Source of the DNA: Mobula hypostoma
Taxonomy: Eukaryota
Assembly (NCBI RefSeq): GCF_963921235.1
Contig: NC_086097.1
Coordinates: 33,606,001-33,670,000, forward strand
DNA length: 64,000 bases
Direction of reading: 5' to 3'
The translations under genes were made by a program, and so were the position numbers. This document shows positions 50,265 to 63,950 of this stretch, one piece after another. How positions within the stretch are numbered: the stretch's first letter is position 1; each line of letters starts with the position of its first letter. The notes beneath the pieces were generated by a model. That model was not told the DNA's origin, searched no databases, and worked only from the letters and a program-made list of their open reading frames with translations.

Positions 50265-51798
50265 GCACCTCTTCCTATAGATGCTGCCTGGCCTGCTGCG
50301 TTCACCAGCAACTTTGATGTATGTTGCGTTAATTAACTTTTAGAATGGCTTTCATAACGTGGAATAAAATCTAAAGCTGGAGAGATGATACATTGCAGAT
50401 GTTGGAATCTCCAGTAACAAATAATCTATTGGAGGAACATAGTTCAGCAACATCCGTGGATGGGATAGGGCACGCAGAGGAATTGTGGCAATTTAGGTTG
50501 AGAGCCCCTTCAGAATTTCAGGGCACGAAACTTTTTGCCTTCAACATCCTCCACCCCACCCCCAACAGATTCGTGAACCTTGGTACAGCAAGTTTGACCT
50601 GTTGAGTTCTTCCAGGAGGTTGCTTGTTAATCTAAAATCTAAACATAATGGGATATCAGTGTGTCACTAAGATAAGTTCATAGTGTACGCATGATGCTTT
50701 GTACCATCTATCTGTAGATGGGGGGTGTGGGGGGGATGGGGGTGAACATGAGTCACCTTGGTAGATTAGAATGCTTGATTGACTTTCTGAATAGTGACTC
50801 TACCTGTTTAACTTATGAAGCAATGATTATACAAATTATTTTTAGAGTTTAGATTACCAGACAGACAGATATAGCACCTGCAATGGTGACATATGTAATA
50901 GAATTGGACTATTTTTATTTCAAAAATATACTTTATTCACAATATATACAGGAAATATAATCAGTATACCCTTTTCTGCATTCATTCTTTAAATCAATAT
51001 AATATTTTACAAAGTGTTAATGCTGTTCATGTTGCCTCTTTGGACAATACAAAACCTTCACTTTATCCCTGCCCATGCAGCCACATGGTTCTAGAACACA
51101 GAAAATAGACATTTACAGCACATTACAGGCCCTTCGGCCCACAATGTTGTGCCAACCATGTAACCTACTCTGGAGACTGCCTAGAATTTCCCTAGCACAT
51201 AGCCCTCTATTTTTCTAATAGAGGTTCTGCTGTGATTGTAGACACAAAAGAACATGGTGTGGCACGAAAACCATTTCTGTTGCTCAACACCATTCCGACT
51301 TAAACTAAATGGACAATCACCATTCTCTTGGCAACAATAGACCACAGATGTTTTGGATTGAATGGGCCATCAGTTTATCCACTGATATGCTTTGCCCTTA
51401 TCAGTCAGAGGGTGGTGAAGGGGAGTCAAAAATATTATCTTTGGTTATGTGGAAACTGGAAGATCAGTGCTGTACCAAGGTTCACAAATCTGGACATTGC
51501 TGGGGTAGTTTCTTTATACCCCTTTCCCTATCGTTGCTGAGATCAGGATTGCCCAGAATTATTCATAAATTAGGATCATTCTGATGAATACTGCTAGAAG
51601 TAATCAAGGATCAACTCAAAGATCAACTTTATTCACTGTATATATTAGGAAATAACTGTTGGTGTCTTGGTAAGACGGGCATCAAAAATGATTATATTCA
51701 ACAATTATACAGAAAAAAGAATTCTATTAAAAGGTTAGAAGTACAGATGTGGAATCAAGTGTACATGGATACCAGCAATGTAAGCACCATTATAAAAG

Positions 51799-51965
51799 CA
51801 ACACACATAAAAGTTGCTGGTGAACGCAGCAGGCCCTGACGAAGGGTCTCGGCCTGAAACGTCGACTGCACCTCTTCCTAGAGATGCTGCCTGGCCTGCT
51901 GCGTTCACCAGCAACTTTGATGTGTGTTGCTTGAATTTCCAGCATCTGCAGAATTCCTGTTGTTT
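51799..51965. mobile_element. ~170-bp Penelope pseudo-LTR mini-insertion with inverted 5' end
   Basis: 15-bp duplication gcaccattataaaag at 51784-51798 and 51966-51980; hammerhead core at 51836-51867. Confidence 0.85.
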
Positions 51966-52324
51966 GCACCATTATAAAAGGTGGTTTAAAGTGTTTATAG
52001 TGCAGTTCAGTGACAGAGGCAATAAATGGGGGGGGGGGTATGGAGCTAAGTAGGATAGTTGATCAGACTAATATCCGGCAGGAAAAAACTTTTAAGATGA
52101 CGTGAAGTTTTTGTTTTGATAAGCGCATAGTGCTGTCTGGAAGAGATCTTTTGGAAATGGCAGTTTGCTGAGTGGGCAGTGTTTGCAATGATTTTTCCTG
52201 CCCGCTTCTTTGTCCTGGACACATACAAGCCCTGCAGTGATGGCAGACAGCAACCCAATCAACTTTTCAGCTGTAGTTTACTGTACCACTAAACCAGATA
52301 ATAATGCCTGATGTGGGGACTCTT

Positions 52325-53025
52325 AGGTTCAAAGTAAACTTATTATTGAAGATGTTATTTTTTGCAGGCATTCACAGTAGAACAAAGAAGTGCAATAGAA
52401 TCAAAAGGAAAATAAACTGCACACAACCACAGACTGACAAGTAACCAAGGTGCAAAAGACAAACTTTAAATAAATAAATAAATAAATAAACACATAAAAA
52501 CATAACATATGACACTGAGACCATCAATAGTAGTGTCCTTGAAAGTGAGTGCATAGGTTGTGGAATTAGTTCAGTGCTGAGGTAAGTAAGGATAGTCTCT
52601 CACTGGTTCAAGAGCCTGATGGTTGAAGAGTTCCTGGACCTGGTGGTGTGGGACACTAGTGCCTCCCTCCCAACGGCAGCAGTGAGAGGAGAGCATGGCC
52701 TGGATGGTGGGGGTCTTTGATGATGGATGCTGCCTTGACTGTGATCCATATAGATGTGCTCAATGGTGTGGAGAGCTTCTCCCGTGATGGACTGGACTGT
52801 ATCCACTACTTTGTAGGCTTTTCCGCTCTCGGCCGTTGGTGCTTCCAAACCAGGCCGTGATGCAACCATTCAGTATGCTCTCCACCTTGCCTCCATAGAT
52901 ATTTGTGGAAGTTTTAGAAGGCATGCCAAATCTGCGCAAACTTAAAATAAAGTAGAACGCTGCCGTGCCTGCTTTGTGACGGCAGTGAAATGCTGGCCCC
53001 ACAACTGATTCTCCGATATGATGAC
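52325..53025 (-). mobile_element. Rex1/Babar-like 3' fragment
   Basis: LRRFGM...ESILNGCITAWFG motif and LINE tail. Confidence 0.75.
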
Positions 53026-53779
53026 GCCAAGTTATTGACCCCCTCTTCCTCCGATCCCCTAATGAGGGTTGGGTCATGGATCCGGATTTCTTCCTTCTGT
53101 AGCTCTTTGCTTTATCTGACATCGACCGAGAGGCTGTATGATAGCAGTGTAAGCGTAGCGATGTAGAATTATGGAGAAAAAAATAGTGTACAGGTTATCC
53201 TCACTTTCACGCATTCTGTGCAACTGATAGTCGCCTTTCCGGAATTTACAACTCACTGCCCGGGATAGAAAGGAATGGAATAAAATTCGCTCTCACTGAA
53301 TTTGCGTTATAAGCATTCTAACCGTATTGCGTTATGTTTACATGTTTTTTTAAAAAGAAATATATTGGAGATAGTGAAAGAAAGAGTTGTGGAGGCCGTG
53401 GGGATATCCTACCATGCAGTATGCTGGAAGTTGCACTTTGGGAACCTGCCACATTATTGGGAAATTCCTTTGTGTAAGGGTATTCTGCTGGCCTGGTATT
53501 GCCACTAGAGTTCGTTTGAAAGAAAAATCATGCCCTTTATCTGATTCACAGATCACCATAATTTAAATTTGTGCTTAACCATACCGTACAAAGTGTATTT
53601 ATCTCCCATTCCAGCTCCCTTTGATCTCCTCGTTATATTCGGGGTTGAAATAAATTCAATCCTATTTATCCCTTTTGAAAATAAGGTATTAATCAAACTG
53701 TATTGATGCGTTCAGCTTTTCCCACACAAGTTTTTTTAAAAAAGTTTTCCCCCGAAAATGGTTCCCGAAGTTCTTAAAT

Positions 53780-54235
53780 TATAATATTGATTCTCGACGG
53801 CGCTGCGATCGTTTCCAGCGATTTCACGTCTTCCTGACCGCAGCTGTCCCGCCTATTTTCCTACTCGCGACAATAATAGCTGATCTTGTTAAATCCCCGT
53901 AATGTTTATTCTCAGCAGCCACCGTGATGGTGAAATTTAATTCCTGCACTCGTGATAACTTGTCGCTATAGCTGGAGTGGTGTTAACTGATAACATGATA
54001 ATCATGTATTTTGTTAAATACGATGGAGCCAACACATGATTGGGAGATGCCGGCAACTGGGACCTGTTGGGAGGGTTTAAATGGAGATTGCAAGCGTCAA
54101 TCAATGGCAATTTCCTCTTTCACTGGAGCATAAACGGAGTCTGCGCCGACAAGCAATCAGTGCGAGCGCAGGAGACCTGGGTGGTGAAGGAAAGGAGACG
54201 CGGAAAGGTAAAAGCAAGCGATCGCTCACTCCGCC
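53780..54235. promoter_or_regulatory. CpG-enriched, apparently unique island; candidate promoter or first exon
   Basis: Local CpG retention; motifs tcacgtc, cttcctg, tcccgcc, ctcgcga; possible + strand donor aag|gtaaaa at ~54208. Confidence 0.4.
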
Positions 54236-55075
54236 TTTTAAATTAAGGCGATTCCAACGTTTGATAATATTTAGTACTGCACAGTATTACAAATGGAAGC
54301 TATTTGGTGTGGAACGAGTCGAGTTGTTTTGTTAGTAAAAGGGACAAGAGCTTATTAACATCTTTCGAATGCAATAGGTAATCAACGGAAATAGAAAGGT
54401 ACAAATTATTAACCTGACGATCAGTTTTCCAATCACGTAAAGTCAGATGTTAAAATGAACCTCAATGACGAAATTTGTATTTTGTAATGGGCGCTTGTGA
54501 CTAATTGGAGACTTGGGTTCAAATATCCAGACACACAAAAAGTTCACGTTATTACGCTGCGTTAAAGCAAACGTCTTTTAGAATGAGTTTTGTGAGCTCA
54601 CAGATGTTTAAAGACGTACCAGAAGAGCAAGAGGGTTCGCAGACGTCTTGACCAAGATTTATTTCGCAATCAGCATTACTAAAATCAGATTATTTGGTTG
54701 TCATTTCATTTTTGTTCAGGCGAGTTTGATGTACCCATACAGCAACAATGGTTGCTGTTTCCCTGTTCTGCAAGGCAGGTGCTTAAAAATGCTTACGCCT
54801 TCCAAAATAATAAGACCATAAGACAAAGGAGCAGACATCGGCCATTCGGCCCATCGAGTCTGCTCCGCCATTTTACCATTCTCCCATTTAGTCCCACTCT
54901 CCTGCCTTCTCACCATAACCTTTGATGCCCTGGCTACTCAGATACCTATCAATCTCTGCCTTATATACACCCAATGACTTGGCCTCCACTGCCGCCCGTG
55001 GCAACAAATTCCTCAAATTCGCCATCCTTTGGCTGATACTTTAACTTCTGTTACAGTTTGCATATCAGGGCTCTC

Positions 55076-55923
55076 TGTCATGGTCCGGTCCGTGAAATCT
55101 GTATTCCAGCTCACGGTCTGGTCCATCGATCCTTGTTCCGGGTTTTCCTGTTTTCTCCCTTGTTCTGTTGGGTGCCTTAATTGAGGTACCTGGTTCTTGT
55201 TGTGGGATGGCACATAAATACCTCTCAAACCAAGGATTCCCTGCTGGACTCTTCCCTTCCCTTCCCTTCCGCTTCCTTCTGAAACCTTTGCCTGCAACCT
55301 CGTCAAGTTCAACCACCAGACTGAGACCGGAGCCTTGGCACGCCAAGAGAAGGAACTATCTATCGTTTGAAACTGTCTCTTTGTGTCTCCGTGTTCAGTG
55401 TACAAGTCCCGGCCCTGTGTCCTGTGCTTCCCAAGGAGGGGTCCTGACTCTGTGTTCCCTGTTCTTGTGCTCAAATCCAAGGCTCTGTGTTCCAAGACCA
55501 AGTTCAGGCACCTTGTTCCAGCCCTGTCCAAGTCTGAGCTTCGTGTCCTTGCCTGGCTGGAGATTCCTTGTCCTGTGCTGGATCGACCCCATCCAAATCC
55601 TTGGCAGTCATCCTGCCCCTGCGTCCTAGAAAGCGTCCCGGCCCTGCGTCCTAGGAAGAGTCCCGGCCCTGCACTCCAAGGAGGAGTCCTGGCTCCATAC
55701 CCAAGAACCTAACCAAGCTGAGTCCAAGAGCTGAGCCAAACCTGGTTCGAGAACCACATCCTGTGCTGAAGATTCCTCGCCCAGCCCGGTGCTGGAATTC
55801 CCTCGTCCTGTCCAGGGTCTCTCATCCTGTCCAAGCCACGTCCAGGAACCTAGTCCTTTTTCTAGAACTTCAGTGCATTTGGGTCTTGCATTTGGGTTTG
55901 CTACCAGTGCCTCCCTTACAGCA
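55076..55923 (+). mobile_element. Solo LTR (Gypsy-like)
   Basis: TG...CA ends; 5-bp TSD ctctc at 55071-55075 and 55924-55928; internal short tandem repeats. Confidence 0.78.
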
Positions 55924-56286
55924 CTCTCCTTTAGAAAGAATGCAACATGATTGTTGCATTCCATGAGCAGGACCATGGGGACATAGTAGTTAAGGAAACA
56001 AATTTTACGTCACATGCCGGTGATATTAAACCTGATTCCGATGAGGTCGACATGATGAGGAGGGAGGGAGAGAGAGCGAGAGAGAGATGAACCATCAAGT
56101 GTTTCACTGTGGCTAGGGAAAGGACACAGAAATTCAAAGGGAACTTGCAATGCATGTTTTCAACTCCCTGCAATTGAGAGAGGGCATTGGATTTAAGGCA
56201 ATGGGAGCAGAATTAGACCATTTGGCCCATTGAGTCTCTGCCATTTCATTATGGCTGATTTGTTAACTCTCTGGACCCAATTCTCC

Positions 56287-57118
56287 TGTTACGTACCCCT
56301 TAACTGGGTTGCCAAACCAGCAGAAATGGACCACTTAGTTGGAGTCTGGATTACTGGAACTAAGAAAGTTTTATTAAAGAAATAAGTAACACAGTACTCT
56401 AAACGTAAGGATATAAATGCAACGGGTTAGCAATGATAAAACACGCATGTACACAGAACTAGGATAATAGGATCAATCAAGCTCTATCGCAGTCTAGGGG
56501 TAAAATGATCAGTCTCAAGTGACACAGAGTTTAGTTCAGTTCGCAGTAATCGCTGTTGTGCCGTTGGGGAGAGAGAGAGAGCGAGCGAATGATGATATTC
56601 AAATCGGATTCAACAGACATTTGATATTCCTCGCAGTTAGCTTTCGGGCGAGCCCTTTGTAATGTCTTCTGAGGTCACCAACTGTGACCCCTCTGTTCCG
56701 GATACGATCGTTCTTCTGCGGTGAACCCGGCACCCAGGCAAGGGCGGACACACACACACCAGGTTCCCGCCGATCGTACCTTTTCACCCTGTGCGTCTAT
56801 GGTTGGTCCCGCGACCAGACCACCAAAACTCTCACCAACTTGTGGGGCGGCACCGCACTTCCAGGGTCTCGTTACCTCATCGTGTCGTGGTGTGTCTTGC
56901 CTTAGTGAACCTGTTCCTTTTATCCCCCTGCTGGGGTATCGCCTGTCCATCAAACTTCAAACAGTTCAGGTTCAAAGCAACCGGTCTAAACAATACTCGG
57001 AACAGTGTCTCTTTTCGTTAATCTCTCTCGTCTCTCTCTTATTAGCATTTTGAATGTTTCCCCCATTTGTCTCTCTCCTATCGGCATCAATCTTCTGATA
57101 ACTTGGTCTGTTGTCATA
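56287..57118 (-). mobile_element. Solo LTR, second family
   Basis: Begins tgttacg and ends gtcata (probably a mutated CA); 4-bp TSD ctcc; reverse-strand AATAAA at ~56370. Confidence 0.65.
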
Positions 57119-57884
57119 CTCCTAAGAGGCTTGGTGGTGGAACTGCACTTTGAGCTAAAGGGCACGAATGGTGGAAATACACAGTGGACCCTGAAGGGTA
57201 GTGGGTTGATAATTCACATAAAGCTACTTCAGAACTCGTAACTGAAACAAATCCAAGTTGGCAGCTGGTTGGACATCATATTGGTGTTGACGGATAAAGC
57301 AACCTACCTTAATCCTCCTCCTCAGCCTTGTAGGTTGCAGCTCTTCATTTGTATATTCAAGTTATTTTTTAACATGGTGTAGGGCTCTTTCTCAGCTACC
57401 CTTCGATGTTGTGACTTGTAGGATCCTACCACCCTCTTTGTGAGGTTGGTGAGAGAGGGAGGTGTAGAAACCGGGTAAAGGGGAAGCTCCTCGATCCTCT
57501 TAATTTTTTTTCTTCTTGTTTCACTTCTAGTGACTGACTGTTCTGTTTAGCTTTGGCTCCTTTACAAGTTTATATATGCTGTAACTCTCCCTTCAGTTTA
57601 CATAGAAAACTGAGTACAGTACAGGCCCGTCAGCCTGCAATTTTGTGCTGACTCTTTAACCTATTTCAAGATTAATCTAACCCTTTCCTCTCAAATAGCT
57701 GCACCTCCCATTTTTCTTTCATTCATGTGGTAAATCCCCTATCCCCCCTCTTTCTAAAGCTTTCACATCCTTCCTATAATAAGGCAATAACAACTGAACA
57801 CAATGCTCCAAGTGTGGTCTAGCCAATCTTGTAGAGCTGCAATATTATCTTGCAGCTGTTGACCTCAGTCTAGAAGACACTAGA

Positions 57885-60830
57885 ATACTACAGCACAGTA
57901 CAGGCCCTTCAGCCCTCGATGTTGTGCCAGCCCATATATTCCTTAAAAAAAGTACTAAACCCACACTACCCCGTTACCCTCTTTCTTTCATCCATGTGCC
58001 TGTCCAAGAGGCTCTTAAATGCCCCTAATATTTTAGCCTCCACTACCATCCCTGGCAAGTCATTCCAGGCACCCACAACCCTCTGTGTTTATAACAAAAA
58101 AAACTTACCCCTGATGTCTCCCCTAAACTTCCCTCCCTTAACTTTGTACACATGCCCTCTGGTGTTTGCTATTCGTGCCCTGCGAAACAGGTACTGGCTA
58201 TTCACCCTATCTATGCCTTTCATAATCTTGTGGACCTCTACCAAGTCCCCTCTCGTCCTTCTACGCTCCAAAGAGAAAAGTCCCAGCTCTGCTAACCTTG
58301 CCTCATAAGACTTGTTTTCCAATCCAGGCAACATCCTGGTAAATCTCCTCTGCACCCTCTCCATAGCTTCCACATCCTTCCTATAATGAGGTGACCAGCA
58401 CTGAACACAATATTCTAAGTGTGGTCTCACCAGAGATTTGTAGAGTTGCAACATGTCCTCTCTGCTCTTGAACTCAATCCCCCTATTAGTGAAGCCTAGC
58501 ATCTCATAGGCCTTCTTAACTATCCTATCAACCTGTGCAGTGACCTTGAGGAATGTATGGATTTGAATCCCAAGGTCCCTCTGTTCATGCACACTCTTAA
58601 GTAACCGACCATTAACCTTAGCCTTCTGGTTTGTCCTTCCAAAATGCATCACCTCACACTATTCTGGATTGAACTCCATCTGCCACTTTTCTGCTCAACT
58701 CTGCGTCCTGTCTATATCCTCTTGTAACCTTTGACAACCTATAGCTCCATCCACAACTCCTCCAATCTTCGTGTCATCCGCAGACTTACTCACCCGTCCT
58801 TCTGCCTCTTCATCCAGGTCATTTATTAAAATCACAAAGAGCAGGGGTCCCAGGACAGATCCTTGTGACACTCCACTAGTTACTGACCTCCAGGCAGAAT
58901 ACTTTCCTTCCACTACTACCCTCTGCTTTCTTCCTGTAAGCCAATCTTTTATCCAAGCAGCCAAGGTTCCACTGATCCCATGCATCATGAGTTTCTGGAT
59001 GAGTCTGTTGTGGGGGACCTTGTCAAATGCCTTGCTAAAATCCATGTGGACCGCATCTACAGCCCTACCCTCATAAATTTCTTTTGTTACCTCTTCAAAA
59101 ACTCAATTAGGCTTGTGAGGCACGACCTTCCCTTCACAAAGCCATGTTGATAACCTTGAGTAGGTTGTACTTCTGCAAATGCTCGTAGATCCTATCCTTA
59201 AGAATCCTTTCCAATGGTTTGCAGACCACTGATGTAAGACTTAACGGTCCATAGTTCCCAGGATTCTCCCTATTACCATTTTTTAAACAAGGGAACTACA
59301 TTTGCCATTCTCCAATCCTCCGGCACCTCCCCTGCAGCCAAAGAGGATTCAAAGATCATAGCTACTGCTCCAGCAATCTCTTCTCTCACTTCCCACAACA
59401 ACCTGGGGTATATCATGTCTAGCCCTGGGGACTTATCAATCTTGATGTTTTTAAGAAGATCCAACACTACTTCTTCTTTAATCTCCACATTGTCCAGCAC
59501 ATGGGCCTGTTCTATTTCGACCTCACCCTGATCAAGGTGCTTTTCACTTGTGAATAATGAAGCAAAGTATTCATTTAGGACCTCCCCAACCTCCTCCGCC
59601 TCCAGGCACATGTTGCCTTCTTTGTCCTTTAGCGGCCCCACATTCATTCTTGTCATCCTTCTGTTCTTCACATACGCATAGAACACTTTGGGGTTCTCCT
59701 TAATCTTACATGTCAAGGCCTTCTCATGTCCCTTCGAGCTCTCCTAAGTCCTTTCTTAAGCTCCTTCCTGGCTACTCTATATTTCTCATGAGCCCTTCCT
59801 GCTTTTTATGTCTAACTTATCCTTCCTTCTTCCTCTTGACAAGTTGCCTCTTGTGTTTCGTCAGCCACAGTTCCCTTTTCCTACCATTTTTTCCTTGTCT
59901 CAGTGGGACAAACCTATCCTGAACCCAGCCCAAGTGGTCCCTAAACTTCTTCAACATTACTTCTGTGCTTTCACCCTTGAACATCTGTTTCGAATTTACT
60001 CTCGCTAGTTCCTGCCTCAACCCTTCATAGTTAGCCCTTCCCCAGTTAAGCACTTTCCCATTTTGTCTGTTTTTATCCTTTTCCATAGCGATGCTGAAGC
60101 TAAGGGAGTTGTGGTCACTCTCGCTAAAATGCTCCCCCACCAAGAGGTCTGCCACCTGACCAGGTTCATTACCCAGAACTAGATCCAGTATGGCCTCTCC
60201 TCTCATCAGCTGGCCCACAGACTGTGTCAGGAATCCTTCTTGAATGCACCTGACAAATTCAGCCCCATCTATCCCCCTTGCAGTCAGGAGGTTCCAGTCA
60301 ATATGAGGGAAGTTGAAATCACCCATAACTACAACCCTGTATTTCCTGCACCATTCTAAAATCTGCCTGCTTATCTGCTCCTCGGTGTCCCAAGGGCTTT
60401 TGGGGGCCTATAGCCTACTCCCAGCACAGTGATTGATCCCTTCCTATTTCTGACTTCCACCCACACCGACTCAGTGGACGCTCTCTCTGCAGCGTCCTCC
60501 CTTTCCATAGCCATGATACTATCCCTGACCAGTAATGCTACTTCCCCCCCCCCCACTGTTCTAAACACCTAAACCCTGTTACCTGCATCAGCCAATCCTG
60601 CTCTTCCTCCAGCCAAGTTTCAGTAACGGCCACAACATTGCAGTTCCACGTACTGATCCATGCTCTAAGTTCATCCCCCTTTATTCCTAATACTCCTAGC
60701 ATTGAAATAGACACATTTCAACCCCTCTAACTGGCTACATTTATGTTTTGCCCCCTGCCTATCCTTTCTCACCAACTCAGAACACATAGCTTCATGCCCT
60801 TGTCCTCCTACCCTAATCTCTGATTCCCAC
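57885..60830 (-). mobile_element. CR1 LINE with near-complete but disrupted ORF2 (APE endonuclease + RT)
   Basis: Motifs in order: YFNARSI, YRPP, MGDFNFPHIDW, LDLVL, SDHN, KSPG, DFSKAFDKV, QGSVLGP, RPHLEY; several frameshifts. Confidence 0.93.
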
Positions 60831-61837
60831 CCCCCCGGACTAATGAAGGCCAACACACCATACACCTTCTTACCACCTAATCAATTTGCATTCCAACTCT
60901 GAGGGATCTCTGGACGTGGACCCCATATTTCTTCTGATATAAAAGAAAATCTTTAATGAACATTTTCTCTAGTTTTTGTCATATTCGCAATATTCTTGTT
61001 TCTATCTTTTCTGGTATATGGTAAACAATATTCTAATTGTAGCTTCACCAGTGTTTTACACAGGTCTAGCATGACTTCTCAGCCCTTTTAGTTTATGCTT
61101 CAGCTAAAATGGCAAGTATTTCTCTTAATTATTTGCTCTCTTTCATTCAGGGATTTGAAAACATGCATTGCGTGTTCCATCTGCATTTCTCTGTGTCCTA
61201 CCATTATCAGGTATTCCCTTGCCACGGTAAAATGCTTGTCTCTGTCTCTGTCAACGTCCTTCTCCCCCCTCCCCTATCATGTCAAACTCCTACTTTCTCT
61301 CCTTAACTACAGTACATGGCCCTGCTGACTTGTGAAGGTGAATGCAAAGTATTCATTTAGAATTATCTCACAAATTCTACCTGTACATACTATATTTTTA
61401 TTTTTTAATTGATCTTCCTGTTGAACTCCTATTCCTGCTATTTTATACAGTCATAGAACACTACAGCACAGAAGCAGGCTCTTTGACTCGCCTAGTCCTT
61501 GTCAGACCATTATTCTGCCTAGTCCCATCGACCTGCACCCGGACCATAGCCCTCCATACCCCTCCCATCAATGTACCTTTCTGAATTTCTCATGTATGTT
61601 GAAATTGATCGCGTATTCACCACTTCCACTTACCACACTCTGAGTGAAGAAATTTCTCCCTCATGTTCCCCTTAAACATTTCGCCTTTCACCCTTAACCC
61701 ATGACCTCTAGTTGTCCCACCCAACCTCAGTGGAAAAATGCATTTACCCTATCTATACCACTCATAACTTTGTATACCTCTATCAAAACTCACCTCTATC
61801 CTCTGTGTTCCAGGGAATAAAGAGCTAACCTGTTCAA

Positions 61838-62078
61838 TGGGGAGGGGAGGGAGGGAACGTCGACTCAGACCATGAGAGGCCTGTGTTGGGCATTTTCATG
61901 CCTTACAAGGCGCAGATTGGAAGTCTGTGTGGGGCGCCTCTCCTCGCACAGACACTGGAGCAATGTGTGGTTAAGTGCCTTGCTCAAGGAGACAAACACG
62001 CTGCCACAGCTGAGGTTTGAACTAGCGACCTTCAGATCACTAGACGAATGCCTTAACCACTTGGCCACGAGCCCAACA
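61838..62078 (-). mobile_element. tRNA-derived SINE inserted in a CR1 fragment (~61450-62190)
   Basis: A box tggccaagtggttaag, B box agttcaaacc, CORE-like ccttgagcaaggcacttaacc; 11-bp TSD aacctgttcaa at 61827-61837 and 62079-62089. Confidence 0.85.
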
Positions 62079-62441
62079 AACCTGTTCAACCTTTCCCTTT
62101 AACTGAGGTCCTTAAGGCCCGGCATCGTTCTTGTACTCTTTCAATCTTATTTAAATTGTCCCTGTAGTTAGGCGACCAAAACTGGACACAATACTCTAAA
62201 ACTCAGGAACAGCTTCTTCCTCTCTGCCATTCAATTCCTAAATGGACACTGAACCCATGAACACTACCTCACACTTTTATATTATTTCTGTTTTTGCATG
62301 CTTTTTAATATATTTGATATACATATATTCTTACTGTAATTGCTTTACTTGTTTACTTTTTCTTTCTGCATTATCATTGAACTATTGCTAAGTTGTCAAA
62401 TTTCATGACCCATGCTGGTGATAATAAACCTGATTCTGAAA

Positions 62442-63950
62442 TTAGGCCTCATCAATTTCAACATAACATTCCAACTCCTGTACTCAATACATTGATTTAT
62501 GAAGGCCAATGTGGCAAAAACTTCCTTTATAACCCTATCTACCTATGACACCACTTACAAGGAATTATGGATTTGTATTCCCAGATCCCTCTTTTACTGT
62601 AGTCCTCAGTACCCTATTACCCTGTTTGATCCTCCCAAAGTGCAACATCTCACACTTATCTGCATCAAACTTCATCTGCCATTTTTCAGCCCACTTTTCC
62701 AGCCGATCCAGATCCTGCTGAGAGCTTCCTCACTGTCCACTATGCCCCTAATCTTGGTGTCATCCATAAATTTGTTGATACATTTTACCGCATTATTGTC
62801 CAGATCACTGATTATAGATGATAATTAGCACTGATCCCTACACCACACCACTTCTCACCGACCTCCAGTCCGAGGTAACCATCTACAAGCACTTCCACAG
62901 AGCCAATGTCAAATCCAATTTACCAGCTCATATTGAATGCCAAGTGACTGAACCTTCTTGGCCATTACCCCCCCCCACCCCCATGTGGAACTTTGTCAAA
63001 TGACTTGCTAAAGTCCATGTAAACAATATCCATTGCTTTGTCTTCAACAACTTTGCTGGTAACTTCCGAGGAAGAACTGTTTAAGATTGGTTAGACATGA
63101 TTTACCACACACAAAGCCATGTTGATCTCTAATTAGTGCCTGTCTATCCAAATACTTAGATATCTGTTCCGTTTAGAATACCTTACAATGACTTTCCCAC
63201 GACTGATGTTAGGCTCTCTAGCCTATACTTTTGTGTCTTATTTTTAGACCCTTTCTTAAACAACAGAACAACATTAGCTATCCTCCAATCCTCTGGCATC
63301 TCATCCATGGCTAAGAATGTTTTAAATATCTCTGCTAGGGTCCCTGAAATTTCTGCAATAGCCTCCCAAAGGGTCTGAGGGAACACCTTATCAGGTCCTG
63401 GGGATTTATACACTCCAATTTGCCTCCAGACAACAAACACCTCCTCCTCTGTAATTTGTATACTGTCAATGACCTTGCTGCTGCCTTGCCTCCTTGCCTG
63501 ACTTCTGTAGACTCTGTGTCCATTTACCAAGTAGACACAGATACAAAAAATCCAGTTAAGATTTCCCCCATCTCTTTCGGCTCCATGCATAGATTACCAC
63601 TCTGCTCTTCCAGAGGACTAATTTTTTCCCTTGATATCCTTTTGGTCAGAACATGTATATCTGTAGAAATCCTTATTATTTTCCTTCACTTTATCTGCTG
63701 GAGCAACCTTGTGTCTTTCAGCTCTCTTGATTTCCTCTCGATTGTTCTCTTGCATTTCTTGTACTCCTCAAGTGCCTCATTTTCTCCTACCTGTCTATAC
63801 CTATTATGTACCTCCTTTTTGTTAACCGGGGTCTCAATATCGCTTGAAAACTAAGGTTCCCTTAACCTGTTATCCTTGCCTTTTATTTTGACAGGAACAT
63901 ATGAACTCCACACTCTCAAAATTTCACTTTTGAATCCTCCCACTTACCAA
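62442..63950 (-). mobile_element. Degenerate CR1 ORF2 fragment
   Basis: KSPGPD...PEDWRIANVVLLFKKG...SLTSVVGK motif. Confidence 0.82.

Noticed and set aside
52760..53122. 120-aa ORF starting MSDKAKSY as a host gene
   Set aside because: Most of it is a degenerate Rex1-like LINE 3' end.
62000..62078. Possible tRNA gene
   Set aside because: The tRNA-like head continues into a SINE body and is bounded by an 11-bp TSD.
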